64,000 nucleotides of DNA from Thermodesulfobacteriota bacterium (GCA_031082315.1 JAVHLC010000011.1:35117-99116); one strand, 5' to 3'. Positions 28,216 to 38,464 are shown, counted from the stretch's first letter. Translations and numbers: made by a program. Notes: generated by a model not told the origin, from the letters alone.

Positions 28216-28694
28216 ACGTTCATGCAGAACGTGCTTGACGAATTGTGAATAAGCAGGACATCCTCTTGAGGCGGACGGCAGTTACTCTATCTCCCGAACC
28301 CCGGAGCTTCGTCACGTTGTGCTGACTTGCCCGGAGACTGGGCCTGGTATGCCGTTTACTCGCCACGTCCTGTGGCTCGCCCTTCGGGCCAGCAAAGCTG
28401 TTCAAGATCGTTCATCCTGACGATTTTGTCTGTTCGTCGGCTCATAGCTTTGCGCTCCGGGTTACCGCTCCCTACGGTCGCTCTCGCCGTTGGCTCGTGG
28501 TCTCCGCTGCGCTTCGAACCCTTCGACGGTCTCTCACGATTCCGCCCTTGCCTTCGGCTGGTACTTCTGCTAACGTATCACTAACTAGGCAGGGTTCACC
28601 CTGTTAAATTCCCCCCAGGGAACCCTATTTAACAGGGTGAACGTACAGGGGGGACTTACACCCCTTAAGCTCACGCCCATGCCGGGCGTACACA
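28216..28694 (+). repeat. Large structured ORF-free element, copy 2 (~480 nt)
   Basis: See copy 1. Has the same terminal hairpins and the 16-bp stem but lacks the 29-nt insert. Confidence 0.8.
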
Positions 28695-28785
28695 ACTGCG
28701 TTCACGCGACCTCGTGACCTCGGCGCGTGACCCACATGTTATTATGCTTCTTGATAGTAAGAATTAAGAGGAGGGGAAATAGTAT

Positions 28786-29217
28786 ATGAATTGTTTTATA
28801 ATTATGCCCATTACAACTCCTGAAGAGCTGTTACCCCTCTACAATAATCCCAATCATTTTAAAAATGTGCTTGACTACCTACTCACACCTACGGTCAATG
28901 AAGCAGGAATGGAACCTATTCCACCTAGTTCTGAGGCTTCAGAAATTATTCATGCAGACATTATCTCAAAATTAATATCTGCTGCAATTGTCCTATGTGA
29001 TATATCAACACTTAATGCAAATGTCTTTTTCGAACTAGGAGTTCGTACCTCACTTAATAAGCCTGTTTGTTTGATTAAAGATGATCGCACAAATTCAATA
29101 CCTTTTGATACTGCTCCCATCCATTGCAAGACATATAGAAGCGGTCTGACAATTATGGACCATGCAGAAGATAAAAAAAAGAAATTAAACGCAAAAGGTA
29201 TTTGGAGTAAGCTATGA
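28786..29217 (+). CDS. Nucleoside 2-deoxyribosyltransferase-like (flavodoxin-like fold) protein, AT-rich gene
   Basis: 143 aa. CFIIMPI...AAIVLCDISTLNANVFFELGVRTSLNKPVCLI matches the Nuc_deoxyrib_tr layout, with the catalytic Glu in FELG. Local GC is clearly lower than its surroundings. Confidence 0.45.
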   Translation: MNCFIIMPITTPEELLPLYNNPNHFKNVLDYLLTPTVNEAGMEPIPPSSEASEIIHADIISKLISAAIVLCDISTLNANVFFELGVRTSLNKPVCLIKDDRTNSIPFDTAPIHCKTYRSGLTIMDHAEDKKKKLNAKGIWSKL

Positions 29218-29450
29218 AAAAATCAAAACAGGCTTTACCGGGATTTGTGGTTTGTATCAATAACATAGATTATCCGGCATCATTAGAACTCCATAAAATT
29301 TATCGTGTGCTTCCAGATGAAGATGCTGCTGCCGAAGGGGATATTCGAATTATTGATGAAAGTGGAGAGGATTATTTATACCCCTCTTCCTATTTCGTTC
29401 ACATCCAAGTTCCTCAAACGGTTGAAGAGTCATTACTTAGGGCGTCATAA
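29214..29450 (+). CDS. Small hypothetical protein, translationally coupled to the preceding gene (ATGA overlap)
   Basis: 78 aa in an AT-rich region. No recognisable motif. Confidence 0.35.
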   Translation: MKKSKQALPGFVVCINNIDYPASLELHKIYRVLPDEDAAAEGDIRIIDESGEDYLYPSSYFVHIQVPQTVEESLLRAS

Positions 29451-29566
29451 TTTAAGAACCCGTGCCGAACATCAGCTTGGAGAAGGATGCTCGTTCCGCT
29501 GCGCTTTGGCCCATAGAAAGGGCCGTTGACCGAAGTCTAACCAATTGTTTATAAAGGAGGCTAACA

Positions 29567-31075
29567 ATGAAGGAGGACAAAAAGAGGTTAACCACAGCTT
29601 TCGGTATCCCAGTGGCTGACGACCAGAACAGTCTCACCGCAGGTGAACGTGGGCCTATACTCATGCAGGATATTCATTTGCTGGAGAAACTGGCACACTT
29701 CGACCGTGAGCGTATTCCCGAACGAGTAGTGCACGCAAAAGGAGCGGGGGCGCACGGCTATTTTGAGGTTACTACTGATGTGACCAGGTACACCAAAGCG
29801 AGATTTCTTTCGAAAGTGGGCAAGAGTACCGAGGTCTTCGTACGGTTTTCCACTGTTGGTGGTGAGCGGGGTTCGGCCGATGCTGCACGAGATCCACGCG
29901 GCTTTGCAGTCAAATTCTACACGGAGGAAGGCAATTATGACTTAGTGGGGAACAATACACCCGTATTCTTTATCCGCGATCCGCTCAAGTTTCCTGATTT
30001 CATCCACACCCAAAAGCGGATCCCTGCGAACAATCTACCAGATCCGGACATGTTTTGGGACTTTTTATCCCTGACACCCGAATCCATTCATCAAGTTACA
30101 ATCCTTTTCTCCGACAGGGGAACACCAGGCGCCTATCGGCACATGAACGGCTATAGCAGCCACACGTTCAAGTGGTACAATGACAAGGGGGAATACTTCT
30201 GGGTACAGTACCATTTCAAAACGGATCAGGGCATCAAGAATCTGACCCGGGAGGAAGCGAAGAGAATGTGCGGCGAGGATCCGAATCACGCCACCCGTGA
30301 CCTGTATGAAGCTATCGAACGGGGAGACTATCCTTCCTGGACTCTTGAGATGCAGATTCTGACACCGGAGAAGGCCAAGGATTTTCCTTGGGATATCTTT
30401 GACATCACCAAAGTCTGGCCGCATGGAGAAGTCCCTCCTATCAAGATTGGAAAGCTGGTTCTGAACCGCAACCCGGTTAATTATTTTGCAGAAGTGGAAC
30501 AGGCGGCTTTCTGCCCGGGAAACGTGGTTCCCGGTATCGCCATCTCACCGGATAAGATGCTGCAAGCAAGGGTTTTTTCCTACCATGATACCCACCTTCA
30601 CAGACTTGGCCCCAACTATCACCTGATTCCAGTCAATGCGCCCAAATGTGCCCAGGAAAATAGTTACCAACGTGACGGATTCATGCGTGTTGACACCAAC
30701 GGAGGTGGTGGACCCAACTACTGGCCCAATAGCTTCGGTGGACCAGAGCCGGACCTGACGGCAGGCGAGCCTCCTTTTGAGGTTTCCGGCCAGGCTGGTC
30801 GTTACCCATTCACCTATCCAAATGACGACTTTGTGCAGGCTGGTACCCTTTACCGTAAAGTCATGTCAGACAAAGATCGGGAGCACCTTACCGGGAACAT
30901 TGTGGATCACCTGGCTAAGGCGCAGAAACGCATCCAAATGCGCCAAACCGCCTTGTTCTATAAGGCAGACGAGGAGTACGGCCGACGCGTAGCCGAAGGA
31001 TTAGGTCTCGATGTGAATGAAATCAAGCGATTGGCGGATATGTCTCATGAAGAAAGAGCGAAGGCTACAGAATAG
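29567..31075 (+). CDS. Monofunctional heme catalase
   Basis: 502 aa. Carries the catalase proximal signature [25 protein letters not shown], a distal His, and a heme-binding Tyr region. Confidence 0.85.
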   Translation: MKEDKKRLTTAFGIPVADDQNSLTAGERGPILMQDIHLLEKLAHFDRERIPERVVHAKGAGAHGYFEVTTDVTRYTKARFLSKVGKSTEVFVRFSTVGGERGSADAARDPRGFAVKFYTEEGNYDLVGNNTPVFFIRDPLKFPDFIHTQKRIPANNLPDPDMFWDFLSLTPESIHQVTILFSDRGTPGAYRHMNGYSSHTFKWYNDKGEYFWVQYHFKTDQGIKNLTREEAKRMCGEDPNHATRDLYEAIERGDYPSWTLEMQILTPEKAKDFPWDIFDITKVWPHGEVPPIKIGKLVLNRNPVNYFAEVEQAAFCPGNVVPGIAISPDKMLQARVFSYHDTHLHRLGPNYHLIPVNAPKCAQENSYQRDGFMRVDTNGGGGPNYWPNSFGGPEPDLTAGEPPFEVSGQAGRYPFTYPNDDFVQAGTLYRKVMSDKDREHLTGNIVDHLAKAQKRIQMRQTALFYKADEEYGRRVAEGLGLDVNEIKRLADMSHEERAKATE

Positions 31076-31134
31076 GGAACCTACTCCAATAGTTGAGAAG
31101 TGATTAACGAATAAGCACTGCCCAATAATCGCGT

Positions 31135-31160
31135 AAGGGCGGGCTTTTCTCCCGCCCTCC
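31135..31160. terminator. Bidirectional rho-independent terminator hairpin between convergent genes
   Basis: aaGGGCGGGcttttctCCCGCCCtcc has a GC stem flanked by T-runs on both strands. Confidence 0.5.
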
Positions 31161-31249
31161 CCACGGCACCCCGCAGGCGGGTCCGCACGGGGCGCTTCAC
31201 AGAGCCTATCGGGCCGCAGGCCGGAAATGGCCGCCCGCGGTCAGGACAA

Positions 31250-32497
31250 CTAAAGGGTTCTCGCAAAACTGAGGGCGCTCCTCTGGATGCTGTACTGAAG
31301 CTGTGGCTGGATGAACTCAGTGGAATTTGCCGCAAAGGGGAAGTAGACCAACAGAAATTCCTCCGCCTGAATGTGAATTTCCCCGAGCCTGGGGAAAAGA
31401 CTTTTCTTGTCCATGGCGGTTTGCGCCAACACGACTTTCAGGCCGTCCGCGGCATCGCTCATGGGCAGTGTAATAGGGTATAGCTGGGACTTGGGGAGGT
31501 GTCTTTCGAGATTCTTCGTGGGCTGAGAAAGAGTCATTTGCCGGGCCAGCCTCAGGAAATGTGCGGGTTGAATCTTGAAAGCCGGAGACCAGAAGTAGAA
31601 GTCAAGATTATCCCATTCCTTCCTTATGGCCTTTGGCAGATTAGCAAGCCGCACCAGATCGGCATAGGATTGTAAGCTAAGCCCTTCCACCCTGGATTTT
31701 ATCCTCCAGAACGGCAAGTATATGGCGCTTTCAACATTTCCTTCATCGGAGACGACCCCGAAGTCTATCTTCCTCAGGTCTTGCCCGAAGATCCCCCACA
31801 CAGAATCACAATTGCTGCAATGGAGCGCCCAGCTTTCCCTCTCGCCCGCAAGAGTCCACCCGCAATTGGGACATAAGGTAGGAAGAAACTTTATCCTCCA
31901 AACCGGCCTCTCTTCAAAGGAGAAACGCTCATCGTCGGCCACATTCCCGGCATCCGTCGCAATGGGTCTATCGAGGATCGCGTCATAAATGACATTATTA
32001 TGAATAAAAATCGGGGAGTAAACCAGGCTTCCTACCTCACCGATGAACGCCCGGTGAAACTCGGTGCATGTCTGCGCCAGGTCATCAGCCAACATCTCCG
32101 GCCCGCTCACCCCTGAGAAGAACTGTGCGAATGAGAGATGCGGTCTTAGGAATCTTGCATCCTCCATAGCCTCGGCAAAGCTTAGTTTCAGGGCCTGCGG
32201 CCGGAGCCCGAGGGAGACGGGCAACGATGCGTCATTCAAGGCCAAAAGAGTGGTATCGACTACTCTCTGGCACACCCGGTATGGCTCACAGGAAAAAAGC
32301 ATGCCCCGGAAACGCCAGTACGGCACAAAAATGACATCCTTTCCGGACGATGGGGCAGGGGACAAACAGTATCTGAAATGACCCTGGGGGAGCAGGTATA
32401 ATTTCACCCGACAAAAAGAACAGGAGAAAATCCGGTCAGTCTCCTCCAGGGTAGCAGGGGCACCGCACTGCGGGCATTGGTGTGCGATTTTCAGCAA
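31250..32497 (-). CDS. Hypothetical protein with duplicated zinc-ribbon-containing domains
   Basis: 415 aa with an N-terminal CPQCG...CSFC and a second CPNCG...CSNC. Contains internally repeated (Y/F)xPFWR(F/I)K segments. Lies downstream of the SPFH gene in the same operon. Confidence 0.45.
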   Translation of the reverse strand: MLKIAHQCPQCGAPATLEETDRIFSCSFCRVKLYLLPQGHFRYCLSPAPSSGKDVIFVPYWRFRGMLFSCEPYRVCQRVVDTTLLALNDASLPVSLGLRPQALKLSFAEAMEDARFLRPHLSFAQFFSGVSGPEMLADDLAQTCTEFHRAFIGEVGSLVYSPIFIHNNVIYDAILDRPIATDAGNVADDERFSFEERPVWRIKFLPTLCPNCGWTLAGERESWALHCSNCDSVWGIFGQDLRKIDFGVVSDEGNVESAIYLPFWRIKSRVEGLSLQSYADLVRLANLPKAIRKEWDNLDFYFWSPAFKIQPAHFLRLARQMTLSQPTKNLERHLPKSQLYPITLPMSDAADGLKVVLAQTAMDKKSLFPRLGEIHIQAEEFLLVYFPFAANSTEFIQPQLQYSIQRSALSFARTL

Positions 32498-32510
32498 TTC
32501 TTAGGGCTTT

Positions 32511-33674
32511 CTAAAGTTTTTCACCGCACTGATTGCAGTAGATGGAATCGGGCAAATTTTCTGTCTCACAATGACGGCATTTCTGGGGGACAGGCTTTTC
32601 TTCCACCGACCTTCCACAGCGCGGGCAGAACCCGGCGTGGGGAGGCAGGTTTTTGCCGCACCCCGCACACTGCTGGAAAACGAGTAACTGGTGACCGCAG
32701 GAAGGACAGAATTTTGCGTCGCCGGCCACGGAGTTCCGGCAATCAGGACATCTAAAGGCATCCTGCTCCTTTGGGGCCTGTCCGTTTCTCAGAATATCCG
32801 CGAACATGCCTGGCATAATGAAACCGAGACCCATCCCCAGACCCGCTCCTGCCTCGCCTTGTGACGTCGCTGCGCTTTCCATCGCCATGGCCGCTTTCAT
32901 CTTTAACAGTTGGTTCAAGTCGTCGAACACGCCCAGCCGGCTTTTATCGTCTATGGCCTGTTGGACCTCCGGCGGCGGGGTAATAGAATTGATATAAAGG
33001 TCTGAAAGCCCAAGGCCGTAGTGGCTCAAATCCTGCTGCAAACGTCTTTTGAGCCCTTCCGATATGGAATCGTATTGTCCGGGCAGCTTAAGCATAGAAT
33101 CAAGATTCTCTCCCAGGTAATCATTAAAGCGTGAAACGATTACCCGGCTCAGATATTCTTCGATTTCTTCGGTGGTATAAATGTGCTGGGTTCCTACCAG
33201 GGTATTGATAAAAAGGACGGGCTGGATGACCCTGATATTAAAGACCCCGAAGGCCCGGAGGCGAATCAATCCCAACTCGGAATCCTTGAAGGCTACCGGA
33301 TCCCTTGTTCCCCACTTCAGGTTTGGAAAGACCTTCATGTTTACGAAATAGACCTCGGCCCTGAGCGGGCTGGTCAAACCCCAGGGCAGGCTTAGCACCT
33401 TGGTGATGATAGGAATATTACCGGTAGCAAGTGTATGCCGACCGGGCCGAAATGCATCGTAGGCCTTCCCGTTATAGAAGAAAACGGCGGATTGGCTCTC
33501 TCTTACAATGAGTTGGGCTCCATACTTTATTTCTCCGGAGCCCTTCTCGGGAATCCTGTGGACCATTGCCTTGCCGGTTTCGTCAAACCACTCAATAACC
33601 TCTAAAAATATAATGTTGTCTGTCCCCACAGTCGTAATCCTTTCCGTTGCCAGTCTTTTTCTTTCTTTCGTCAT
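32511..33674 (-). CDS. SPFH/band-7-like protein with C-terminal zinc-ribbon repeats (COG4260-like)
   Basis: 387 aa. The N-terminal SPFH-like core is followed by CPDCRN...CPSCG...CAGCG...CPRCG...CRHCE...CNQCG. Confidence 0.5.
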   Translation of the reverse strand: MTKERKRLATERITTVGTDNIIFLEVIEWFDETGKAMVHRIPEKGSGEIKYGAQLIVRESQSAVFFYNGKAYDAFRPGRHTLATGNIPIITKVLSLPWGLTSPLRAEVYFVNMKVFPNLKWGTRDPVAFKDSELGLIRLRAFGVFNIRVIQPVLFINTLVGTQHIYTTEEIEEYLSRVIVSRFNDYLGENLDSMLKLPGQYDSISEGLKRRLQQDLSHYGLGLSDLYINSITPPPEVQQAIDDKSRLGVFDDLNQLLKMKAAMAMESAATSQGEAGAGLGMGLGFIMPGMFADILRNGQAPKEQDAFRCPDCRNSVAGDAKFCPSCGHQLLVFQQCAGCGKNLPPHAGFCPRCGRSVEEKPVPQKCRHCETENLPDSIYCNQCGEKL

Positions 33675-33940
33675 TATGTCGATGAAGCTTTAACCCGAAG
33701 TTGCGCGGATTAACCCCTTGACCGTCGCCGGGAATCCGTCGATACACCTGGGACACAAAAAGGGGCGGGATGTCCTTAAATCTTTCGCTTTACAGGAATA
33801 CAAGTCTATGATAGGAAGCCCTATGCCTCGTCAGAACAGATTAGACGCCCTTAGAATTTTTCCTATCCGATCAGGAAACGTTTGGCAGCTCACCGGACCT
33901 ATCCCGACTTAATTCCTATCCAGTAAAAAGGAATCAACCC

Positions 33941-34894
33941 TTGAATCGAATACTTAACATCTTCAATCGCCTGTTTGTCCTCTGGATTGTCCTGGCCGGC
34001 GTAGCCGCCTTCTATTTTCCGGCCGTCTTCATCCCATTGAAGAAACACATGGAGCTATTCTTTGCCATAACCATGTTCGGCATCGGAATGGTCTTAAAAC
34101 CCATAGACTTCGTGAATATCTTTAAAAACATCAAGGTAGTGGTTATTGGCACGGCTGCTCAATTTACGATCATGCCGCTATCGGCTTTTTTCGTTGCCAG
34201 GCTTTTTTCATTATCAAAAGAGTTTTCCCTGGGCCTGATTTTGACCGGATCGGCGCCGGGGGCCATGGCCAGTAACGTACTGAGCTATCTCGCCGGTGCC
34301 GATGTCGCCTATTCGGTATCGTTGACCACTGTATCCACCCTCCTAGCGCCGGTCCTTACCCCACTTTTAACCCTGCTCTTAGCCCATACCATACTGGAAA
34401 TCCCCTTTTGGGAGATGTTGGTCAGCGTTTTCAACATGGTGGTTATTCCACTTTTTTTGGGCATAACCGTAAAAGGCATTTTCTCTGGCAAAGTGGAGTA
34501 CCTGTCCAAAGTCTTCCCCGCAATTTCCACCACATTCATAGCCTTTATCTGCGCGCTGGTCGTAGCCCTTAACAAAGAATACCTTATGAAAGTAAACACC
34601 TGGATTTTTATGGCGGCGATTTTGTTGAATCTCTTGGGGCTGTTCTTGGGCTACATGACAGGAAAGACATTCGGTTTTGATATCCTGAAAAAACGGGCCT
34701 TATCCATTGAAGTCGGCATGCAAAATGCCGGTCTGGGCAGCGTGCTGGCCTTAAAACATTTTAATGAGAAAGTGGCCCTGCCCGCGGTCGTTTTTGTTTT
34801 TATCTGCATATTCACCGCCTCCTTTCTGGTGCAAATCTGGTCCAATACGAAAAAGCCAACTATTTCAGTCCCTTTATCTTTTGGACGTTTTTGA
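33941..34894 (+). CDS. Bile acid:sodium symporter (BASS) family transporter
   Basis: 317 aa with about 9-10 TM segments. Shows the BASS layout, including ...GLILTGSAPGAMASNVLSYLAGADVA... Confidence 0.7.
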   Translation: MNRILNIFNRLFVLWIVLAGVAAFYFPAVFIPLKKHMELFFAITMFGIGMVLKPIDFVNIFKNIKVVVIGTAAQFTIMPLSAFFVARLFSLSKEFSLGLILTGSAPGAMASNVLSYLAGADVAYSVSLTTVSTLLAPVLTPLLTLLLAHTILEIPFWEMLVSVFNMVVIPLFLGITVKGIFSGKVEYLSKVFPAISTTFIAFICALVVALNKEYLMKVNTWIFMAAILLNLLGLFLGYMTGKTFGFDILKKRALSIEVGMQNAGLGSVLALKHFNEKVALPAVVFVFICIFTASFLVQIWSNTKKPTISVPLSFGRF

Positions 34895-35840
34895 GGAGCC
34901 AGTTCTGGGTAAAGAGGTGTTCTCTATTAAGGCCCAGGTGAAGCCTGAGCTGATCTTTGATCTCGCCATCAGGGACCAGGGAGATAAGCCTTTCGTACCT
35001 GGCAATCAGGGTTTCTTCGGCCGGGATGAGAGCTTCCAGGACAGAAAGCCGGTCTTCCCCTGGATAGACAGAAGGCATGGGGTTTTTACTGATTTCTACT
35101 CCGTTTGCATCCTTTTTGGCATTTTCGATCTGAATTACATCTCCCCATTTGATTAAGGTGCCGGAGTTTTTATCCCAGTGCCTCATGTGATCGATGGAGT
35201 TTTTAAAGAGGCGCTGACTGAGATCCTGGTGCTCACTGAAAAGAAACACGTACTTTAAGTAGCGGTGCGTGAGTTCATTTTCCAGGCGCATGATTTCATG
35301 GAGAAGCTGTACTTCTTCCCGGTTGATATTTTCCGGGTTTGATGGGTAGCAGGGGGCATCTTCAGCTCCCTGCGCCTTCAGGGCGTCCATCATGGCCGCA
35401 AACTGGTTCGAGTGGCGCACCTCATCATAAGAGATATTCAGGACCATGTTCTGAATCTTGGGAAAAGCGCCCTCGGAAAACTCTGCCGACTGGTAGAGGT
35501 TCGTAACCAGGTCTTCCGTCATTTTGTCTCTTTTAAGGTTATCCATAATTCGAGGGTAGCGCATGACCTCATCGGTTTTAAAAGAGGGAACCCCTCCCAT
35601 CTGGGCAATAATGACGGCAAGCTGAAGGGAATGGTACATCTCATCGATGCCGATTTGAATCATCTGGGCGCGGACATCAGTTCTATTCTTCATGATGGGG
35701 TCTTCATAGAAAAACTTGCCCTTCGGCATGGAGTAGGCATGGATCGTATATTCAAAGCTTACGGCCCATTCGTGCTCCAGGGCGATGTTCAAAAGCCTTA
35801 AGGCGTCTTCCTTGGTCTCCACTTTTTGAATTTTGTCCAT
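34860..35840 (-). CDS. Ferritin-like (rubrerythrin/DUF-type four-helix-bundle) domain protein
   Basis: 326 aa. Carries duplicated ExxH-type segments (EMYHS...EVRHS...IDHMRHW). The 3' ends overlap convergently with the BASS gene. Confidence 0.4.
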   Translation of the reverse strand: MDKIQKVETKEDALRLLNIALEHEWAVSFEYTIHAYSMPKGKFFYEDPIMKNRTDVRAQMIQIGIDEMYHSLQLAVIIAQMGGVPSFKTDEVMRYPRIMDNLKRDKMTEDLVTNLYQSAEFSEGAFPKIQNMVLNISYDEVRHSNQFAAMMDALKAQGAEDAPCYPSNPENINREEVQLLHEIMRLENELTHRYLKYVFLFSEHQDLSQRLFKNSIDHMRHWDKNSGTLIKWGDVIQIENAKKDANGVEISKNPMPSVYPGEDRLSVLEALIPAEETLIARYERLISLVPDGEIKDQLRLHLGLNREHLFTQNWLLKNVQKIKGLK

Positions 35841-36072
35841 AGGCCCTCCAGCATATCTTTTTTATTGTAACATTTAAGCACATTACCTGCCTTTTGACAA
35901 CTGCGATCCGGACTATCTAATAAGTATATCTATCCCTACCTATGCGATAAGAACCGGGGAAATTGACTTTATTCAACCTGTTGTGCTAATCTCCCGAAGA
36001 CTTTTACATTGGTCATTAGTCACCGGCCAATAACGAATAACTGGTTTCCATCCGAAAACCCCGGTTTTCTGG

Positions 36073-37488
36073 ATGGAGCGGGAAGGCTTTATAAAAATGC
36101 CGGCTTACGAGAGAACTAACTTTAAAAGCCTGCTGAAGGCCATAGCAAAGGGCGAGGTAGCGCCTGTTTATCTCCTGTGGGGTGAACGGTATCTCTACCA
36201 GTCGGCCTATGAAGAGCTTATTGCCGCCCTCCTTCCTGAAAAAAACCGCGGCACCAACCTCCGGGTGATAGACGGGGCTAATGAAGACGTCTATCGTCTG
36301 GTAGAGGAATTGCAGACCCTGCCCCTTTTCCCCGGGAGGCAGGTTTTTGTGGTAAAGGACACCCGTCTCTTTCATTCCAAAAGTACGGCCGACCCGCTTC
36401 TGGCTAAAAGCCGTGAGTACTTTATAAAAGGCGACCTTCAGGCGGCGGCTCGGAGCCTCGTGCAGGCCATTTCCTCATCCGGTCTGGCCATTGAGGATGT
36501 CAGGGACGGGGGATGGGAGAAGATACCGGATAGTACCTGGGAAAAGATATTCAGCGCCCCAAAGAGTGGGGAGGATATTAACTGGCTGAATGAAGTGACT
36601 AACTTCGCCATACAGGCCGGGCAGGAAGAATCGGCCCCCGCCGGAGGTGGAGGGGATATTCTGGAAGAGACCCTGGCCAAAGGCATACCGGCTTCCAACC
36701 ATCTGATCTTGCTTACAGATACTGTGGACAGACGCAAATCTCTCTACCGGCTGATAGAAAAGATGGGTGTGGTTGTGAGCTTCGCGGTCGATAAAGGAAT
36801 TACCGCCGCGGCAAAACGCAGTCAGGATACGGTGCTCAAGGACCTGATGAAGGATATACTCACACGCCATGGAAAGGCCATGGAGCCGCGCGCAGCATCC
36901 GATCTTATCGAAAGGATAGGTTTTAATCCGGCTTCCCTGGCCGCCGCATTAGAAAAACTGGTCAGTTACAGCGGTGAAAGAAAGACCATCACCCTGAAAG
37001 ATATTGACGCGGTAGTGAAACGGGAAAGGGAAGAGCCGATTTATGAACTGACCGGGGCATTCGGTGACCGGGATGCCGAGAAGGCCCTTTCTTCCCTGGG
37101 TCTGCTCCTTGACCAGGGTTATGTGCCGCTCCAGATACTGGCTGCCCTCATCAGACAGATTCGCCGCCTTCTCCTGGCCAGGTGGGCGTTGGATACGAGT
37201 CTGGATTTTTTGGGAAAAGGGGATGTCACGTATCAAGGCATTCAGCAGGGACTGCCGGGGCTTAAGAAAGAAGGAAAGATACCTAAGGAGCTGGAAAAAC
37301 TTTCACCGTACCCGCTTTTCTTGCTTTTAAAACAGGCCAGGGGGTTTCAAATTGAGCACCTTGTTCAGTGTATGTCCGAACTCCTTAGGGTCGATATGGC
37401 CCTCAAATCCGGCGGGGTAGCGCCTAAACTTTTGCTGGAAGACTTGATCCTGAAATGCCTGGTTTTTCATCCTGAGACTGCCGGTTGA
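36073..37488 (+). CDS. holA: DNA polymerase III delta subunit
   Basis: 471 aa with a HolA N-domain (VYLLWGERYLYQ...LFPGRQVFVV). The start could instead be the Met at 36097. Confidence 0.6.
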   Translation: MEREGFIKMPAYERTNFKSLLKAIAKGEVAPVYLLWGERYLYQSAYEELIAALLPEKNRGTNLRVIDGANEDVYRLVEELQTLPLFPGRQVFVVKDTRLFHSKSTADPLLAKSREYFIKGDLQAAARSLVQAISSSGLAIEDVRDGGWEKIPDSTWEKIFSAPKSGEDINWLNEVTNFAIQAGQEESAPAGGGGDILEETLAKGIPASNHLILLTDTVDRRKSLYRLIEKMGVVVSFAVDKGITAAAKRSQDTVLKDLMKDILTRHGKAMEPRAASDLIERIGFNPASLAAALEKLVSYSGERKTITLKDIDAVVKREREEPIYELTGAFGDRDAEKALSSLGLLLDQGYVPLQILAALIRQIRRLLLARWALDTSLDFLGKGDVTYQGIQQGLPGLKKEGKIPKELEKLSPYPLFLLLKQARGFQIEHLVQCMSELLRVDMALKSGGVAPKLLLEDLILKCLVFHPETAG

Positions 37489-37503
37489 TCTGCCAAATAA
37501 AAA

Positions 37504-37533
37504 GCCCCGGAGGGGTTCCGCCCTCCGGGGGTT
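37504..37533 (+). terminator. GC-rich hairpin downstream of holA
   Basis: CCCCGGAGGGgttccgCCCTCCGGGG follows directly after the stop. There is no strong T-tract. Confidence 0.35.
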
Positions 37534-37920
37534 CGGGGTTAGGTAGTTAGGTTGACCGACCACCTTATCTTTTTGTCTATCCCGGAATGCCGTTTAGAGC
37601 TGTCGAGCTCGAAGTGCTCTCTTTTTAAGTTTTGCCATCCATTACCGGGCATCTGCCGCAGATGAGGATCGCTTTTACTTTTTTAGTTATTAGACTCGGC
37701 CGACGCTCAAATCACGCACAACCCAGGAAGCTGTATATTATGGTTTTCTTATCGGCGGCATAGTCCGGTGACTTTAATTAAAATTTAATCCACATATAAA
37801 TATACGTAACTTCAATTAAATAATTACAATACTAAATGTAATGCATTATGTATTTCTGTTTGGGTCATCACTTTCAGCGGTCATTTCACCTGAGCCGGGC
37901 TGATGATTATCAAACAGTGG

Positions 37921-38409
37921 CTACCGGGCACATTCCGAAGGATCGCCTTTGATCTTGGCCAGGGCATGGGGGAGAGCAGGCAGGAGGGTGGTTAGATTTT
38001 CACGGGCGCCTTTCGGGCTGCCCGGCAGATTAATAATCAGGGTCTCTTTCCTTATCCCGGCTAAGGCCCGTGAGAGCATGGCATGCGGCGTTTTTTGCAG
38101 GCTGGCGGCGCGCATGGCCTCGGCTATGCCCGGGACTTCCCGTTCAATAACCATGGCCGTGGCCTCCGGAGTCACATCTCGCGGGGAAAGTCCTGTACCG
38201 CCTGTGGTCACGATCATATCTGCTTTTCCCACATCTACCAAGCGCACTAAGGTATTGACAATAACGGTTAGATCATCAGGGATGATGGTATAGGCGGCGA
38301 TACGGTAACCGGCCTTACTTAATATCTTTTTCAGTTCCGTGCCGCTCAGATCCTCCCGTTTTCCCTCGGACCCCTTATCGCTTATAGTGACTATGGCTGC
38401 TGTGTACAT
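37921..38409 (-). CDS. mogA: Molybdopterin adenylyltransferase MogA/MoaB family
   Basis: 162 aa. Carries the GGTG motif (TTGGTGLSPRD) and a MogA-like core. Confidence 0.75.
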   Translation of the reverse strand: MYTAAIVTISDKGSEGKREDLSGTELKKILSKAGYRIAAYTIIPDDLTVIVNTLVRLVDVGKADMIVTTGGTGLSPRDVTPEATAMVIEREVPGIAEAMRAASLQKTPHAMLSRALAGIRKETLIINLPGSPKGARENLTTLLPALPHALAKIKGDPSECAR

Positions 38410-38464
38410 AGGTTTTTTAAGTTATGCGCCGCCCCAGGTCGACCGAAGGCTGGAGGCAGACTGG

